A stretch of 64,000 bases of DNA from Escherichia phage vB_EcoM-Sa45lw, in the sequence record MK977694.1. One strand, given 5' to 3'. The notes below the pieces were generated by a model that was given only the letters and a program-made list of their open reading frames with translations, was not told where the DNA came from and made no database searches. Shown piece by piece: positions 38,549 to 48,188 of the stretch; the first letter of the stretch is position 1, and each line of letters begins with the position of its first letter. The position numbers and the translations under genes were made by a program.

Positions 38549-40114
38549 ATGACTATCAAAACTAAAGCTGAACTTTTGAACAAATGGAAGCCATTACTGG
38601 AAGGTGAAGGTTTACCGGAAATTGCTAATAGCAAACAAGCGATTATCGCTAAAATCTTTGAAAACCAGGAAAAAGATTTCCAGACAGCTCCGGAATATAA
38701 AGACGAAAAAATTGCTCAGGCATTCGGTTCTTTCTTAACAGAAGCTGAAATCGGTGGTGACCACGGTTACAATGCTACCAACATCGCTGCAGGTCAGACT
38801 TCTGGCGCAGTAACTCAGATTGGCCCAGCTGTTATGGGTATGGTACGTCGTGCTATTCCTAACCTGATTGCTTTCGATATTTGTGGTGTTCAGCCAATGA
38901 ACAGCCCGACTGGCCAGGTATTCGCGCTGCGCGCAGTATATGGTAAAGATCCAATCGCTTCCGGCGCTAAAGAAGCATTCCACCCAATGTATGGTCCAGA
39001 TGCAATGTTCTCTGGTCAGGGTGCTGCTAAGAAATTCGCTGCTTTGAAAGCAAGTGATACTCTTGAAGTCGGAACTATTTACACTCACTTCTTCCAGGAC
39101 ACTGGTACTGTGTATCTGCAAGCTACAGCAGCTAAACAAATTGATTCAGGCGCATCTGACGCAGACAAATTAGATGCTGAAATTAAGAAACAAATGGAAG
39201 CTGGTGTACTGGTAGAAATCGCTGAAGGTATGGCTACTTCTATCGCTGAACTTCAAGAAGGTTTTAACGGTTCTACCGATAACCCGTGGAATGAAATGGG
39301 CTTCCGTATCGATAAACAAGTTATCGAAGCTAAATCTCGTCAGCTGAAAGCTGCTTACTCTATTGAATTAGCACAAGACCTCCGCGCTGTTCATGGTATG
39401 GATGCTGATGCTGAACTGTCTGGTATTCTGGCTACCGAAATTATGCTGGAAATCAACCGTGAAGTTGTTGATTGGATTAACTACTCAGCACAGGTTGGTA
39501 AATCTGGTATGACCCTGACTCCGGGTTCTAAAGCTGGTGTATTTGACTTCCAGGACCCAATCGATATTCGTGGTGCTCGCTGGGCTGGTGAATCCTTTAA
39601 AGCTCTGTTGTTCCAGATTGACAAAGAAGCAGTTGAAATTGCTCGTCAGACCGGTCGTGGTGAAGGTAACTTCATTATCGCTTCCCGTAACGTAGTTAAC
39701 GTTCTGGCTTCAGTTGATACCGGCATTTCTTATGCTGCACAGGGTCTGGCAACTGGCTTTAACACTGATACTACCAAGTCAGTATTTGCTGGTGTTCTGG
39801 GTGGTAAATACCGTGTATATATCGACCAGTATGCTAAACAGGATTATTTCACTGTAGGTTATAAAGGTCCGAACGAAATGGATGCTGGTATTTACTACGC
39901 TCCATATGTAGCTCTGACTCCACTGCGTGGTTCTGATCCGAAGAACTTCCAACCGGTAATGGGGTTCAAAACTCGTTACGGTATCGGTATCAACCCATTT
40001 GCAGAATCCGCTGCTCAGGCTCCGGCTTCTCGCATTCAGAGTGGTATGCCTTCTATCCTGAACAGCCTTGGTAAGAACGCTTACTTCCGCCGTGTATATG
40101 TTAAAGGTATCTAA
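38549..40114 (+). CDS. 23: major capsid protein gp23 (521 aa)
   Basis: Sequence MTIKTKAELLNKWKPLLEGEGLPEIANSKQAIIAKIFENQEKDF... matches T4 gp23 from memory; 521 aa. Confidence 0.97.
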   Translation: MTIKTKAELLNKWKPLLEGEGLPEIANSKQAIIAKIFENQEKDFQTAPEYKDEKIAQAFGSFLTEAEIGGDHGYNATNIAAGQTSGAVTQIGPAVMGMVRRAIPNLIAFDICGVQPMNSPTGQVFALRAVYGKDPIASGAKEAFHPMYGPDAMFSGQGAAKKFAALKASDTLEVGTIYTHFFQDTGTVYLQATAAKQIDSGASDADKLDAEIKKQMEAGVLVEIAEGMATSIAELQEGFNGSTDNPWNEMGFRIDKQVIEAKSRQLKAAYSIELAQDLRAVHGMDADAELSGILATEIMLEINREVVDWINYSAQVGKSGMTLTPGSKAGVFDFQDPIDIRGARWAGESFKALLFQIDKEAVEIARQTGRGEGNFIIASRNVVNVLASVDTGISYAAQGLATGFNTDTTKSVFAGVLGGKYRVYIDQYAKQDYFTVGYKGPNEMDAGIYYAPYVALTPLRGSDPKNFQPVMGFKTRYGIGINPFAESAAQAPASRIQSGMPSILNSLGKNAYFRRVYVKGI

Positions 40115-40128
40115 TCTTTGACGATTTA

Positions 40129-40158
40129 AGGGACCTTCGGGTCCCTTTAGTTGTTTTT
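40129..40158 (+). terminator. rho-independent terminator after gene 23
   Basis: AGGGACCTTCGGGTCCCT hairpin followed by TTAGTTGTTTTTAT. Confidence 0.75.
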
Positions 40159-40162
40159 ATGG

Positions 40163-40170
40163 TATAAATA
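40163..40170 (+). promoter_or_regulatory. T4 late promoter TATAAATA (gene 24)
   Basis: Exact TATAAATA 28 nt upstream of the gene 24 ATG. Confidence 0.6.
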
Positions 40171-40197
40171 AATCATATAAACTGAAAGGAAAGCGCA

Positions 40198-41481
40198 ATG
40201 GCTAAAATCAACGAACTTCTGCGCGAATCAACCACAACGAATAGCAACTCAATCGGTCGCCCAAATCTCGTTGCTTTGACTCGCGCTACCACTAAATTAA
40301 TATATTCTGACATTGTAGCAACGCAAAGAACTAATCAACCTGTTGCTGCTTTTTATGGTATCAAATACCTTAACCCAGACAATGAATTTACATTTAAAAC
40401 TGGTGCTACTTACGCTGGCGAAGCTGGATATGTAGACCGAGAAAAAATCACAGAATTAACAGAAGAGTCTAAATTAACTCTCAATAAAGGCGATTTATTC
40501 AAATATAATAATATCGTTTATAAAGTATTAGAAGATACACCATTTGCTGATATTGAAGAAAGCGACTTAGAGTTAGCTCTTCAGATTGCAATTGTTCTTT
40601 TAAAGGTTCGTCTATTTTCTGACGCAGCGTCAACAAGCAAATTTGAAAGCTCTGATAGTGAAATTGCGGATGCTAGATTCCAGATTAATAAATGGCAAAC
40701 CACAGTTAAATCTCGCAAACTTAAAACTGGTATCACAGTTGAATTAGCACAAGATTTAGAAGCAAACGGATTCGATGCTCCTAATTTCTTAGAAGATTTG
40801 CTTGCAACCGAAATGGCAGATGAAATCAATAAAGATATTCTGCAGTCTTTGATTACAGTATCAAAACGTTATAAAGTTACAGGAATTACTGATACTGGAT
40901 TCATTGATTTGAGTTATGCATCTGCACCTGAAGCTGGTCGTTCATTATACCGAATGGTATGTGAAATGGTTTCGCATATCCAAAAAGAATCAACTTATAC
41001 AGCAACGTTCTGTGTTGCTTCTGCTCGTGCCGCTGCGATTCTTGCTGCATCAGGTTGGTTAAAACATAAACCAGAAGATGACAAGTATCTTTCACAAAAT
41101 GCCTACGGGTTCTTAGCTAATGGTTTACCGCTTTATTGCGATACTAACAGCCCATTAGATTATGTAATCGTTGGCGTAGTAGAAAATATCGGTGAAAAAG
41201 AAATTGTTGGATCAATTTTCTATGCTCCGTATACAGAAGGTCTAGACTTAGATGACCCTGAACATGTAGGTGCATTTAAAGTTGTTGTTGATCCAGAAAG
41301 CTTGCAACCGTCTATCGGTTTATTAGTTAGATATGCTTTATCTGCAAATCCTTATACTGTAGCAAAAGATGAAAAAGAAGCAAGAGTAATTGATGGTGGA
41401 GACATGGATAAAATGGCGGGTCGTTCAGATTTGTCTGTTTTATTAGGTGTTAAATTACCAAAAATTATTATCGATGAATAA
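40198..41481 (+). CDS. 24: capsid vertex protein gp24 (427 aa)
   Basis: 427 aa, gp23 paralog position, T4 order. Confidence 0.95.
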   Translation: MAKINELLRESTTTNSNSIGRPNLVALTRATTKLIYSDIVATQRTNQPVAAFYGIKYLNPDNEFTFKTGATYAGEAGYVDREKITELTEESKLTLNKGDLFKYNNIVYKVLEDTPFADIEESDLELALQIAIVLLKVRLFSDAASTSKFESSDSEIADARFQINKWQTTVKSRKLKTGITVELAQDLEANGFDAPNFLEDLLATEMADEINKDILQSLITVSKRYKVTGITDTGFIDLSYASAPEAGRSLYRMVCEMVSHIQKESTYTATFCVASARAAAILAASGWLKHKPEDDKYLSQNAYGFLANGLPLYCDTNSPLDYVIVGVVENIGEKEIVGSIFYAPYTEGLDLDDPEHVGAFKVVVDPESLQPSIGLLVRYALSANPYTVAKDEKEARVIDGGDMDKMAGRSDLSVLLGVKLPKIIIDE

Positions 41482-41484
41482 AAC

Positions 41485-41510
41485 AAAGGGACCGAAAGGT
41501 CCCTTTTTAT
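41485..41510. terminator. bidirectional rho-independent terminator between gene 24 (+) and rnlB (-)
   Basis: AAAGGGACCGAAAGGTCCCTTT hairpin flanked by A-run and T-run. Confidence 0.7.
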
Positions 41511-42515
41511 TTAGCTCACCAACTCAATCCAAGCTGGACGAAGTACATCTTGCACCATTTTAACTAATTCCTTTTTAATCAAAGAAGGATTATCCGCTTG
41601 AGTTAGAGTAATACCTTCACGAGAAGTTTCTTCCAAAATATCTTGGACAGTTAGCCCCATCACCTTTCCAAAATCTTTAGGACCAATTTCGCCAATTTTA
41701 GAAATAACGTTATTTACTCGGTTCAGTGTAACGTAACAAGCTAAAATTCCCACTAATTTGTTATCAGCTTCTGATAGTTCAACTTTAGCTTTAATAGGCT
41801 TATCAGACTTTTTCTTTTCACTAAATTTGGAATTCTTGCATTTAATTGCTACACGATTTCCATTACGAAGCCAAGAAGGATAACAAGGTTTCAATACATA
41901 TCCTTCAGCGGTAAATACTTCGCCTTTTGCTTCGGCATTCCAAACGCATTTATTTGCATCAACTAATCCAGCATGGTCTACTGTAAAATTATAATCTTGG
42001 ACGACAGAATCTAAATCATTTGGCAATTTAATAAGCTCTTCAAATTTACCGCGACCTAAAAGTGGAGCCATTTTAAATTTAAATGTATTGCAGAATGATT
42101 CCATCATATAATCATCGACATAAGTCACGTCACCACTTTCTGTAGTGACAATAATGTCAAATACATAGAAATCTTTATCACCATAATCAACATTCTTCTG
42201 AATGCCAGGTCCAGCGAATTCGCCAAAAACTTGATAAGTCACAACAGCTGAAGTTTCCATAATATCTTGTACTGCTTTAATGGAATCAGCGTAATTCTTT
42301 AGAATAATTTCATACCCAAAGAAATCTTCAGCAGGAAGAATCGGTCCAGTACGTTTAGCGCAAGTTACTTTATCACGCTCAATAATCAAAGAAAAGTTTG
42401 TTCCATGAATTTTTTCACGAGCTACCCATTCGCCGCCAGTCAATCCCAAGCTATAAAGTTTTTCAATAAATTTAGAGTTGTAATGATTTTCAAGACTGCT
42501 ATACTTTTTAAACAT
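41511..42515 (-). CDS. rnlB: RNA ligase 2 (RnlB), 334 aa
   Basis: 334 aa with N-terminus [20 protein letters not shown] and nucleotidyltransferase lysine motif ([10 protein letters not shown]); T4 position after gene 24. Confidence 0.9.
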   Translation of the reverse strand: MFKKYSSLENHYNSKFIEKLYSLGLTGGEWVAREKIHGTNFSLIIERDKVTCAKRTGPILPAEDFFGYEIILKNYADSIKAVQDIMETSAVVTYQVFGEFAGPGIQKNVDYGDKDFYVFDIIVTTESGDVTYVDDYMMESFCNTFKFKMAPLLGRGKFEELIKLPNDLDSVVQDYNFTVDHAGLVDANKCVWNAEAKGEVFTAEGYVLKPCYPSWLRNGNRVAIKCKNSKFSEKKKSDKPIKAKVELSEADNKLVGILACYVTLNRVNNVISKIGEIGPKDFGKVMGLTVQDILEETSREGITLTQADNPSLIKKELVKMVQDVLRPAWIELVS

Positions 42516-42524
42516 AATTAATCC

Positions 42525-42803
42525 TCAAAATGTAATTTCTAACCAATCACCATCACGCTGATCACTATTGACTTTAAAATTAAATCCTTCTTTTCTCAGC
42601 CAATCACCAATTTCTTCAGTAATCAGTTTATCGCGAGCAGTACAATAATAACTAAAATATGTTTTACCTTGTTCAGCTGCTTTATTAGCAAGTTCTGAAA
42701 AATCTTTAATAAAACACTCTAGCTTAAACTGTTTACTTTTTAATGCTTTTTCACGTAATTGATTAGCAAAAGATTCATTTTCATAAAGATCATACTGTTC
42801 CAT
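42525..42803 (-). CDS. hypothetical protein (92 aa)
   Basis: Small ORF between rnlB and hoc; overlaps the upstream ORF. Confidence 0.5.
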   Translation of the reverse strand: MEQYDLYENESFANQLREKALKSKQFKLECFIKDFSELANKAAEQGKTYFSYYCTARDKLITEEIGDWLRKEGFNFKVNSDQRDGDWLEITF

Positions 42804-43005
42804 TTTTCACCTTTTTATTAATGTGTCTTTTTCTATAGACAACTTTTTCTCGAGTCTCAAATTTATTCTTTGCAGTCATAGCTCGAGCCCATAATACAGC
42901 CACTTCTTTCGCCTGTAAGTTTAATTCACGAGCAATTTCAATGAATGACTTTCCAGACTCATGAAGCGTAAACACCACAACTTCAGTTCTCATAATCAAT
43001 CTCAT
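42790..43005 (-). CDS. small putative helix-turn-helix protein (71 aa)
   Basis: ATG at 43005-43003; segment SGKSFIEIARELNLQAKEVAVLWARA resembles an HTH of the sigma region 4 / LuxR type; basic C-terminus. Confidence 0.45.
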   Translation of the reverse strand: MRLIMRTEVVVFTLHESGKSFIEIARELNLQAKEVAVLWARAMTAKNKFETREKVVYRKRHINKKVKNGTV

Positions 43006-43071
43006 GTTATCGAGTTGGTGCCATTATATACATCATTTTCTGATTGTGTTTTGTGTGCTTTCAAAATGAAG

Positions 43072-43092
43072 AAAGGGGCCGAAGCCCCTTTC
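43072..43092 (-). terminator. rho-independent terminator after hoc (minus strand)
   Basis: Minus strand: GGGGCTTCGGCCCC (UUCG tetraloop) followed by TTTCTTCATTTTG. Confidence 0.65.
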
Positions 43093-43094
43093 GA

Positions 43095-44225
43095 TTATGG
43101 ATAAGTATAGATGATACCAGTTTCTAAAGCAGTTTTATGAATGATGTATCCATTGCGTGATTCTTGAACATCAACTTCTGGATAGTCTTTCATCATCTTC
43201 TGAAGAGTGTAACGATGCAGGTAGTATTTACTGTCTGGATCTTCAGTTTTCCAATCTTTACCTTCTTCGGTCATTTTTTGGATTTCATCCATAACCCACC
43301 AACCGCACCAGATATAAGCTGAAGTACGATGTGGAAGAGGATGAACATAAGGCAATTCACCTTCTGGTTCCGGAGCAACTTTATCAGTTACCTGAACTTG
43401 GCCTGTTGCTTTAACTGTTTTACTATCATAGTCGGTTGCTGTAACGACAGCAGTAACTTCAATAGTTTGACTTCCAATAGATGAGGTGTCAACGGTGTAT
43501 ACGTTAGTTGACCCTTCTACAGGAGAAGAATCTTTCTTCCATGAATAAGTAATTTGCGCTGCTTCAGGTGCGCCAGTGACATTAGCGGTAAATGTAGCTG
43601 AAGCATCTTGCTGAACGTTAATAGAAGGAGGAGTCAATGTAACCTGCGGATTCATTGTCTTCTTATTAACTGTCAATGATACTTCATTAGAAGTAACTTC
43701 CTTTTCATTGTAATTTTCTGCTGTTACTTGGGCTACGCATTTAATTCTTTTTACTCCACTTGTAGTTGGAGTATAGCTAAATGTAGAGTTAGTTTCTCCA
43801 CCAACTTGAGAATCATCTACATACCATTTATATGTAGCAGACGCTCCATCAGGTTGAGAAGCTAAGGCAGCAGTAAATTGAACTGGGGTTCCAATTACTC
43901 CTGCTGGAGGACTATTAGGAGTTACTGCCAATGTAGTTGTCTGAGTTTTATTTTTAACCGTTATAGTAGTTGATGCTTGAGCTGTTTCAGGACTACTATC
44001 TGCAACTTGGTTTGTTGCAACAACTTTAATAGTCTTTTGACCAGCAGGACCTTTTAATACATAATCAAAAGTTGCTTCAGACCCATCTTGTGGAGCATTA
44101 TCTACACTCCAAGCATAAGTAATAGTTCCACCTCCAGTTTCACCACTGGGTGCAGCAGTAAACTGCTTGGTTTCATCAATAACCCCTGTCGGTGTTTTAG
44201 GAGTTATATCAACTGTAAAAGCCAT
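43095..44225 (-). CDS. hoc: highly immunogenic outer capsid protein Hoc (376 aa)
   Basis: 376 aa; N-terminal repeated Ig-like Thr/Ser-rich domains and conserved C-terminal capsid-binding part; T4 order. Confidence 0.9.
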   Translation of the reverse strand: MAFTVDITPKTPTGVIDETKQFTAAPSGETGGGTITYAWSVDNAPQDGSEATFDYVLKGPAGQKTIKVVATNQVADSSPETAQASTTITVKNKTQTTTLAVTPNSPPAGVIGTPVQFTAALASQPDGASATYKWYVDDSQVGGETNSTFSYTPTTSGVKRIKCVAQVTAENYNEKEVTSNEVSLTVNKKTMNPQVTLTPPSINVQQDASATFTANVTGAPEAAQITYSWKKDSSPVEGSTNVYTVDTSSIGSQTIEVTAVVTATDYDSKTVKATGQVQVTDKVAPEPEGELPYVHPLPHRTSAYIWCGWWVMDEIQKMTEEGKDWKTEDPDSKYYLHRYTLQKMMKDYPEVDVQESRNGYIIHKTALETGIIYTYP

Positions 44226-44234
44226 AAGTTATCC

Positions 44235-44915
44235 TTATTTTAATGTTACGAAAGAAGAATTGCGTGTTTCACGAATTAAAACTGATCCGTCGCGATTAAT
44301 GTAATAAATTAAGCTAAACAAAGTTTGGTGTGCTGACGCGTGCTCAAAACTAGTTGGATGAGATTTCCAATCAGGAGTTTCAGCGATCCATTGATAAATC
44401 CACCAAGGAACCGTACAGAATCCTGGATTTTTCCCCAATAATTGAAGATTCGGGCTAAAGTTTTCCGGAAGAGTAAATACAGACGGCTTTTCATATTCAA
44501 TAATCTCAGCTACAGCTTGTTCGAATTTTTCTTCAACAAAAGGAGTATCTTCAATCAAAACATCAGTATTTTCAGGAATTTTATCCGTTTCTACCACTTC
44601 AATTTTAATATCAGATTTAACTGGAGAATCAATCAGAAGTGCTGCTTCTGGATTAACTTCTTCATCGTCATATTTTAATCCCTCTGCAGCATCAGCAGCA
44701 TCAATTAAGTCTTTAATAGATAACCCATCAGTCTCTGGCATAGGTTCACTAGCGAGCTTCTGGAGGGCTTCTTCAATATCAGCAACGATATTATCAAAAG
44801 ATTTATTCTTTTTGACCTTTATACCAAACTGTTCAGCATATTCAGCTAATTTAGCTTTAGCTTCTTTATTATCATCAAGAGCCTTCAGCTCTGCAATATA
44901 ATCTTTATCTATCAT
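44235..44915 (-). CDS. inh: inhibitor of prohead protease Inh (226 aa)
   Basis: 226 aa, position between hoc and uvsW as in T4. Confidence 0.85.
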   Translation of the reverse strand: MIDKDYIAELKALDDNKEAKAKLAEYAEQFGIKVKKNKSFDNIVADIEEALQKLASEPMPETDGLSIKDLIDAADAAEGLKYDDEEVNPEAALLIDSPVKSDIKIEVVETDKIPENTDVLIEDTPFVEEKFEQAVAEIIEYEKPSVFTLPENFSPNLQLLGKNPGFCTVPWWIYQWIAETPDWKSHPTSFEHASAHQTLFSLIYYINRDGSVLIRETRNSSFVTLK

Positions 44916-44928
44916 AATATTTCCTCAG

Positions 44929-44936
44929 TATAAATA
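44929..44936 (+). promoter_or_regulatory. T4 late promoter TATAAATA (uvsW)
   Basis: Exact TATAAATA 30 nt upstream of the uvsW ATG. Confidence 0.55.
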
Positions 44937-44965
44937 TAGATATATTTATTACATGGTATTTAGAC

Positions 44966-46477
44966 ATGACTGACATTAAAGTACATTTTTATGATTTTAG
45001 TCACGTGAGAATTGATTGTGAAGAAAGTACATTTCATGAACTCCGTGATTTCTTTAGCTTTGAAGCTGATGGGTATCGTTTTAATCCGAAATACAAATAT
45101 GGCCACTGGGATGGACGAATCCGTCTTTTAGATTATAATCGTCTTCTTCCATTCGGCTTAGTCGGGCAAATTAAAAAGTTCTGTGATAACTTTGGCTATA
45201 AAGCCTGGATTGACCCACAAATTAACGAAAAAGAAGAATTATCAAGAAAAGATTTTGATGAATGGCTTTCTAAATTAGAAATCTATTCAGGAAATAAAAG
45301 AATTGAACCACACTGGTATCAAAAAGATGCAGTGTTCGAAGGATTAGTTAATCGTCGTAGAATTCTTAATCTTCCAACATCCGCTGGTAAATCGTTAATT
45401 CAAGCTTTACTCGCTCGGTATTATTTGGAAAATTACGAAGGTAAAATTCTTATCATTGTTCCAACAACTGCTCTAACAACTCAGATGGCTGATGACTTCG
45501 TTGACTATCGTTTATTCAGTCATGCAATGATAAAGAAAATTGGTGGCGGAGCATCAAAAGATGATAAATATAAAAATGACGCACCAGTCGTTGTTGGTAC
45601 ATGGCAAACTGTAGTTAAACAACCGAAAGAATGGTTCTCACAGTTTGGAATGATGATGAATGATGAATGCCATCTTGCTACAGGAAAAAGTATTTCATCT
45701 ATCATATCAGGTTTAAATAACTGTATGTTTAAATTTGGTCTATCAGGTTCATTACGTGATGGCAAAGCCAATATCATGCAGTATGTTGGAATGTTCGGTG
45801 AAATATTTAAGCCAGTAACGACTTCTAAATTAATGGAAGATGGACAAGTAACTGAGCTAAAAATTAATAGTATTTTTCTTCGCTATCCCGATGAGTTCAC
45901 TACTAAATTAAAGGGAAAAACTTATCAAGAAGAAATAAAAATTATTACTGGGCTTAGTAAAAGAAATAAATGGATCGCTAAATTAGCTATTAAGCTTGCG
46001 CAAAAAGATGAAAACGCTTTTGTCATGTTTAAACATGTATCACATGGTAAAGCTATTTTCGATTTAATTAAAAATGAATACGATAAAGTTTATTACGTAT
46101 CAGGGGAAGTTGATACCGAAACCCGCAATATAATGAAAACCTTAGCTGAAAATGGTAAAGGAATAATTATAGTAGCTAGTTATGGTGTATTTTCTACTGG
46201 TATTTCAGTTAAAAATCTGCACCACGTTGTTTTAGCACACGGTGTTAAATCAAAAATCATTGTATTACAAACAATCGGTCGTGTATTACGTAAGCATGGT
46301 TCTAAGACAATAGCAACAGTCTGGGACCTCATAGATGATTGTGGTGTTAAGCCAAAATCTGCTAATACGAAAAAGAAATATGTTCATTTGAACTATCTTT
46401 TAAAACACGGCATTGATCGTATTCAGCGCTACGCAGATGAAAAATTTAATTACGTAATGAAAACAGTTAATTTATAA
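44966..46477 (+). CDS. uvsW: UvsW RNA-DNA and DNA-DNA helicase (503 aa)
   Basis: SF2 helicase motifs (PTSAGKS Walker A, DECH box); T4 position and length. Confidence 0.9.
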   Translation: MTDIKVHFYDFSHVRIDCEESTFHELRDFFSFEADGYRFNPKYKYGHWDGRIRLLDYNRLLPFGLVGQIKKFCDNFGYKAWIDPQINEKEELSRKDFDEWLSKLEIYSGNKRIEPHWYQKDAVFEGLVNRRRILNLPTSAGKSLIQALLARYYLENYEGKILIIVPTTALTTQMADDFVDYRLFSHAMIKKIGGGASKDDKYKNDAPVVVGTWQTVVKQPKEWFSQFGMMMNDECHLATGKSISSIISGLNNCMFKFGLSGSLRDGKANIMQYVGMFGEIFKPVTTSKLMEDGQVTELKINSIFLRYPDEFTTKLKGKTYQEEIKIITGLSKRNKWIAKLAIKLAQKDENAFVMFKHVSHGKAIFDLIKNEYDKVYYVSGEVDTETRNIMKTLAENGKGIIIVASYGVFSTGISVKNLHHVVLAHGVKSKIIVLQTIGRVLRKHGSKTIATVWDLIDDCGVKPKSANTKKKYVHLNYLLKHGIDRIQRYADEKFNYVMKTVNL

Positions 46478-46502
46478 GGGCTTCGGCCCTTTGGAGAAAA
46501 AG

Positions 46503-46736
46503 ATGTTACTAGAATTTAAACAATTTCTTTATGAAGCTTCTATTGATGAATTTATGGGTAAAATTGCCTCTTGCCAAACGATAGAAGGTTTAGAAGAACT
46601 TGAAGCTTATTATAAGAAAAGAGTTAAAGAAACTGAATTAAAAGATACTGATGACATCTCAGTCAGAGATGCTTTGGCAGGAAAAAGAGCTGAATTAGAA
46701 GATTCAGACGATGATGAAGTAGAAGAAAGCTTTTAA
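46503..46736 (+). CDS. uvsW.1: UvsW.1-like small acidic protein (77 aa)
   Basis: ATG at 46503 with GGAGAAAAAG RBS (track ORF starts at TTG 46491); separate ORF after uvsW. Confidence 0.7.
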   Translation: MLLEFKQFLYEASIDEFMGKIASCQTIEGLEELEAYYKKRVKETELKDTDDISVRDALAGKRAELEDSDDDEVEESF

Positions 46737-46745
46737 ATTAAAAAA

Positions 46746-46768
46746 GGCCCAACCAAAAAGGAAGGGCC
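46746..46768 (-). terminator. rho-independent terminator (minus strand) after the uvsY cluster
   Basis: Minus strand: GGCCC-loop-GGGCC followed by TTTTTTAATTT. Confidence 0.55.
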
Positions 46769-46791
46769 AAAACTATAGACTAAAGGTCACA

Positions 46792-46959
46792 CTATAGCAA
46801 AAGTTGTGTTTCATTTAATTGTTCTTCCGAACTTTCTGAAACTGGTAGTTCTTTAATGTAATTATAGCAAGGCCCAGGATGTACAGGACCTTTGTCTGTT
46901 TCAACAACCAATGCAGAATCGATTGGAGTTTTACAGACAACACAAATCTTATCTGACAT
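46792..46959 (-). CDS. uvsY.-2: UvsY.-2-like small Cys-containing protein (55 aa)
   Basis: Not in ORF track (under 60 aa); ATG at 46959-46957 with GAGGAGACAATC RBS; translation MSDKICVVCKTPIDSALVVETDKGPVHPGPCYNY... (CxxC plus distal Cys); minus-strand TATAAATA upstream. Confidence 0.5.
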   Translation of the reverse strand: MSDKICVVCKTPIDSALVVETDKGPVHPGPCYNYIKELPVSESSEEQLNETQLLL

Positions 46960-46984
46960 GATTGTCTCCTCTGAATTATATATC

Positions 46985-46992
46985 TATTTATA
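46985..46992 (-). promoter_or_regulatory. T4 late promoter TATAAATA (minus strand, uvsY.-2)
   Basis: Exact TATAAATA on minus strand about 25 nt upstream of the small ORF ATG. Confidence 0.5.
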
Positions 46993-47082
46993 ACCCCATC
47001 TTAAAGCGCATTTCTTGTACACGCTTTAAACATGCTTCCATTTCTGCTAAAAGTCTAAATACTTCTTTATAATTTGTCATAT

Positions 47083-47310
47083 TTACCCCATATCTCTCAT
47101 ATGCATATCAATGCCCATATCTTTAGAATAAAAATATTCATCAAGATATCCGGCAAATTTTCCTTTAATATAAAGGACATCTTCACCACACGGGTGGTCG
47201 GCCAGGATACGAATATCCTGACGCTTAAGATTATGCTTTTTCATTAAGAATTGAATCTCAGTTTCAAATTCTTCTTCATAATTAAAAGCATCATCAATGT
47301 TATATCTCAT
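47083..47310 (-). CDS. uvsY.-1: UvsY.-1-like protein (75 aa)
   Basis: Small ORF immediately downstream of uvsY with ATGA overlap. Confidence 0.65.
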   Translation of the reverse strand: MRYNIDDAFNYEEEFETEIQFLMKKHNLKRQDIRILADHPCGEDVLYIKGKFAGYLDEYFYSKDMGIDMHMRDMG

Positions 47311-47723
47311 TATTTTCCAGCCTCAAATGCCCGCATGTCTTGAATATGCTTAATAGCAAATCCACGTGATTTAATAGCATCAAGAGCTCCGCTACAGAAA
47401 TCCAATAAAATTCCCCAATATTGTAATGAAGTATCAACCTTTAAAACATCCTTATCAGCTGATAGAACTGTTTTCATTTCTGATTTCTCGTAACGATCCA
47501 TACTAAATTCATCACCATCTCCTCGTCCCGAGTAGTAGTCTAATTTAGCTTTAAGAGCAACTTTTTTCTGTGCTTCAATTCTAAGCATTTCCTTTTTAAT
47601 ACTTGAATGCTTATTAAGCCATTTACTATATAACATCACATTATTAGCTGCTTCATACTGTAATTTAGTCGAATCTATAAACACATCTTTCTTCAATTCT
47701 TCTTGAAGATCTTCTAATCTCAT
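47310..47723 (-). CDS. uvsY: recombination mediator protein UvsY (137 aa)
   Basis: 137 aa as in T4 UvsY; N-terminus MRLEDLQEELKKDVFIDSTKLQYEAANNVMLYSKWL. Confidence 0.9.
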   Translation of the reverse strand: MRLEDLQEELKKDVFIDSTKLQYEAANNVMLYSKWLNKHSSIKKEMLRIEAQKKVALKAKLDYYSGRGDGDEFSMDRYEKSEMKTVLSADKDVLKVDTSLQYWGILLDFCSGALDAIKSRGFAIKHIQDMRAFEAGK

Positions 47724-47759
47724 ATTGTTCTCTATTCAATTGTTATTGGATGGACTTAG

Positions 47760-47790
47760 ATTCATTATACCACGTTTATACGTGAAGCAT
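47760..47790 (-). promoter_or_regulatory. candidate MotA-dependent middle promoter for uvsY
   Basis: Minus strand: AATGCTTCA (MotA-box-like TGCTT) followed 13 nt later by TATAAT, about 35 nt upstream of the uvsY ATG. Confidence 0.45.
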
Positions 47791-48188
47791 TATACTCTAT
47801 TACTGGAAGCCAGTTGTAGTTTTATCTGCTCAATATCATCAGGGTTATCGATGACTGAAAAGCGTATTTCTACTATCAAAGTATAATCATCATAAACCGG
47901 TATTACATTAACTGCTAATTTATCAATACGTGGCTCATAGTTTCTTACTGCGCTTTCGATATTACGCTCAACCGTGTCAGCAGTAAGAGGAGTCATATTC
48001 TCAAAAAGTTGGTCAGATAAATCGCATCCAAATTCAGGGTCAAACGGTCTTGAACCTTTTCTTGTTGTAATAATTCCTAAAAGACTATTTTTAATTGACC
48101 TTAATCCAAGTGATCTTGAAACGTCTTTGTTCCAATCCATTTTCATCTCTGGGTCAATATCAGAATAAAGCTTATTAATATTTGCCAT
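47790..48188 (-). CDS. 25: baseplate wedge protein gp25 (132 aa)
   Basis: 132 aa, T4 order. Confidence 0.9.
   Translation of the reverse strand: MANINKLYSDIDPEMKMDWNKDVSRSLGLRSIKNSLLGIITTRKGSRPFDPEFGCDLSDQLFENMTPLTADTVERNIESAVRNYEPRIDKLAVNVIPVYDDYTLIVEIRFSVIDNPDDIEQIKLQLASSNRV

Noticed and set aside
44916-44965. Minus-strand late promoter for inh in the inh-uvsW intergenic region
   Set aside because: Only the plus strand carries an exact TATAAATA; the minus strand has near-matches only, so no promoter was called for inh.
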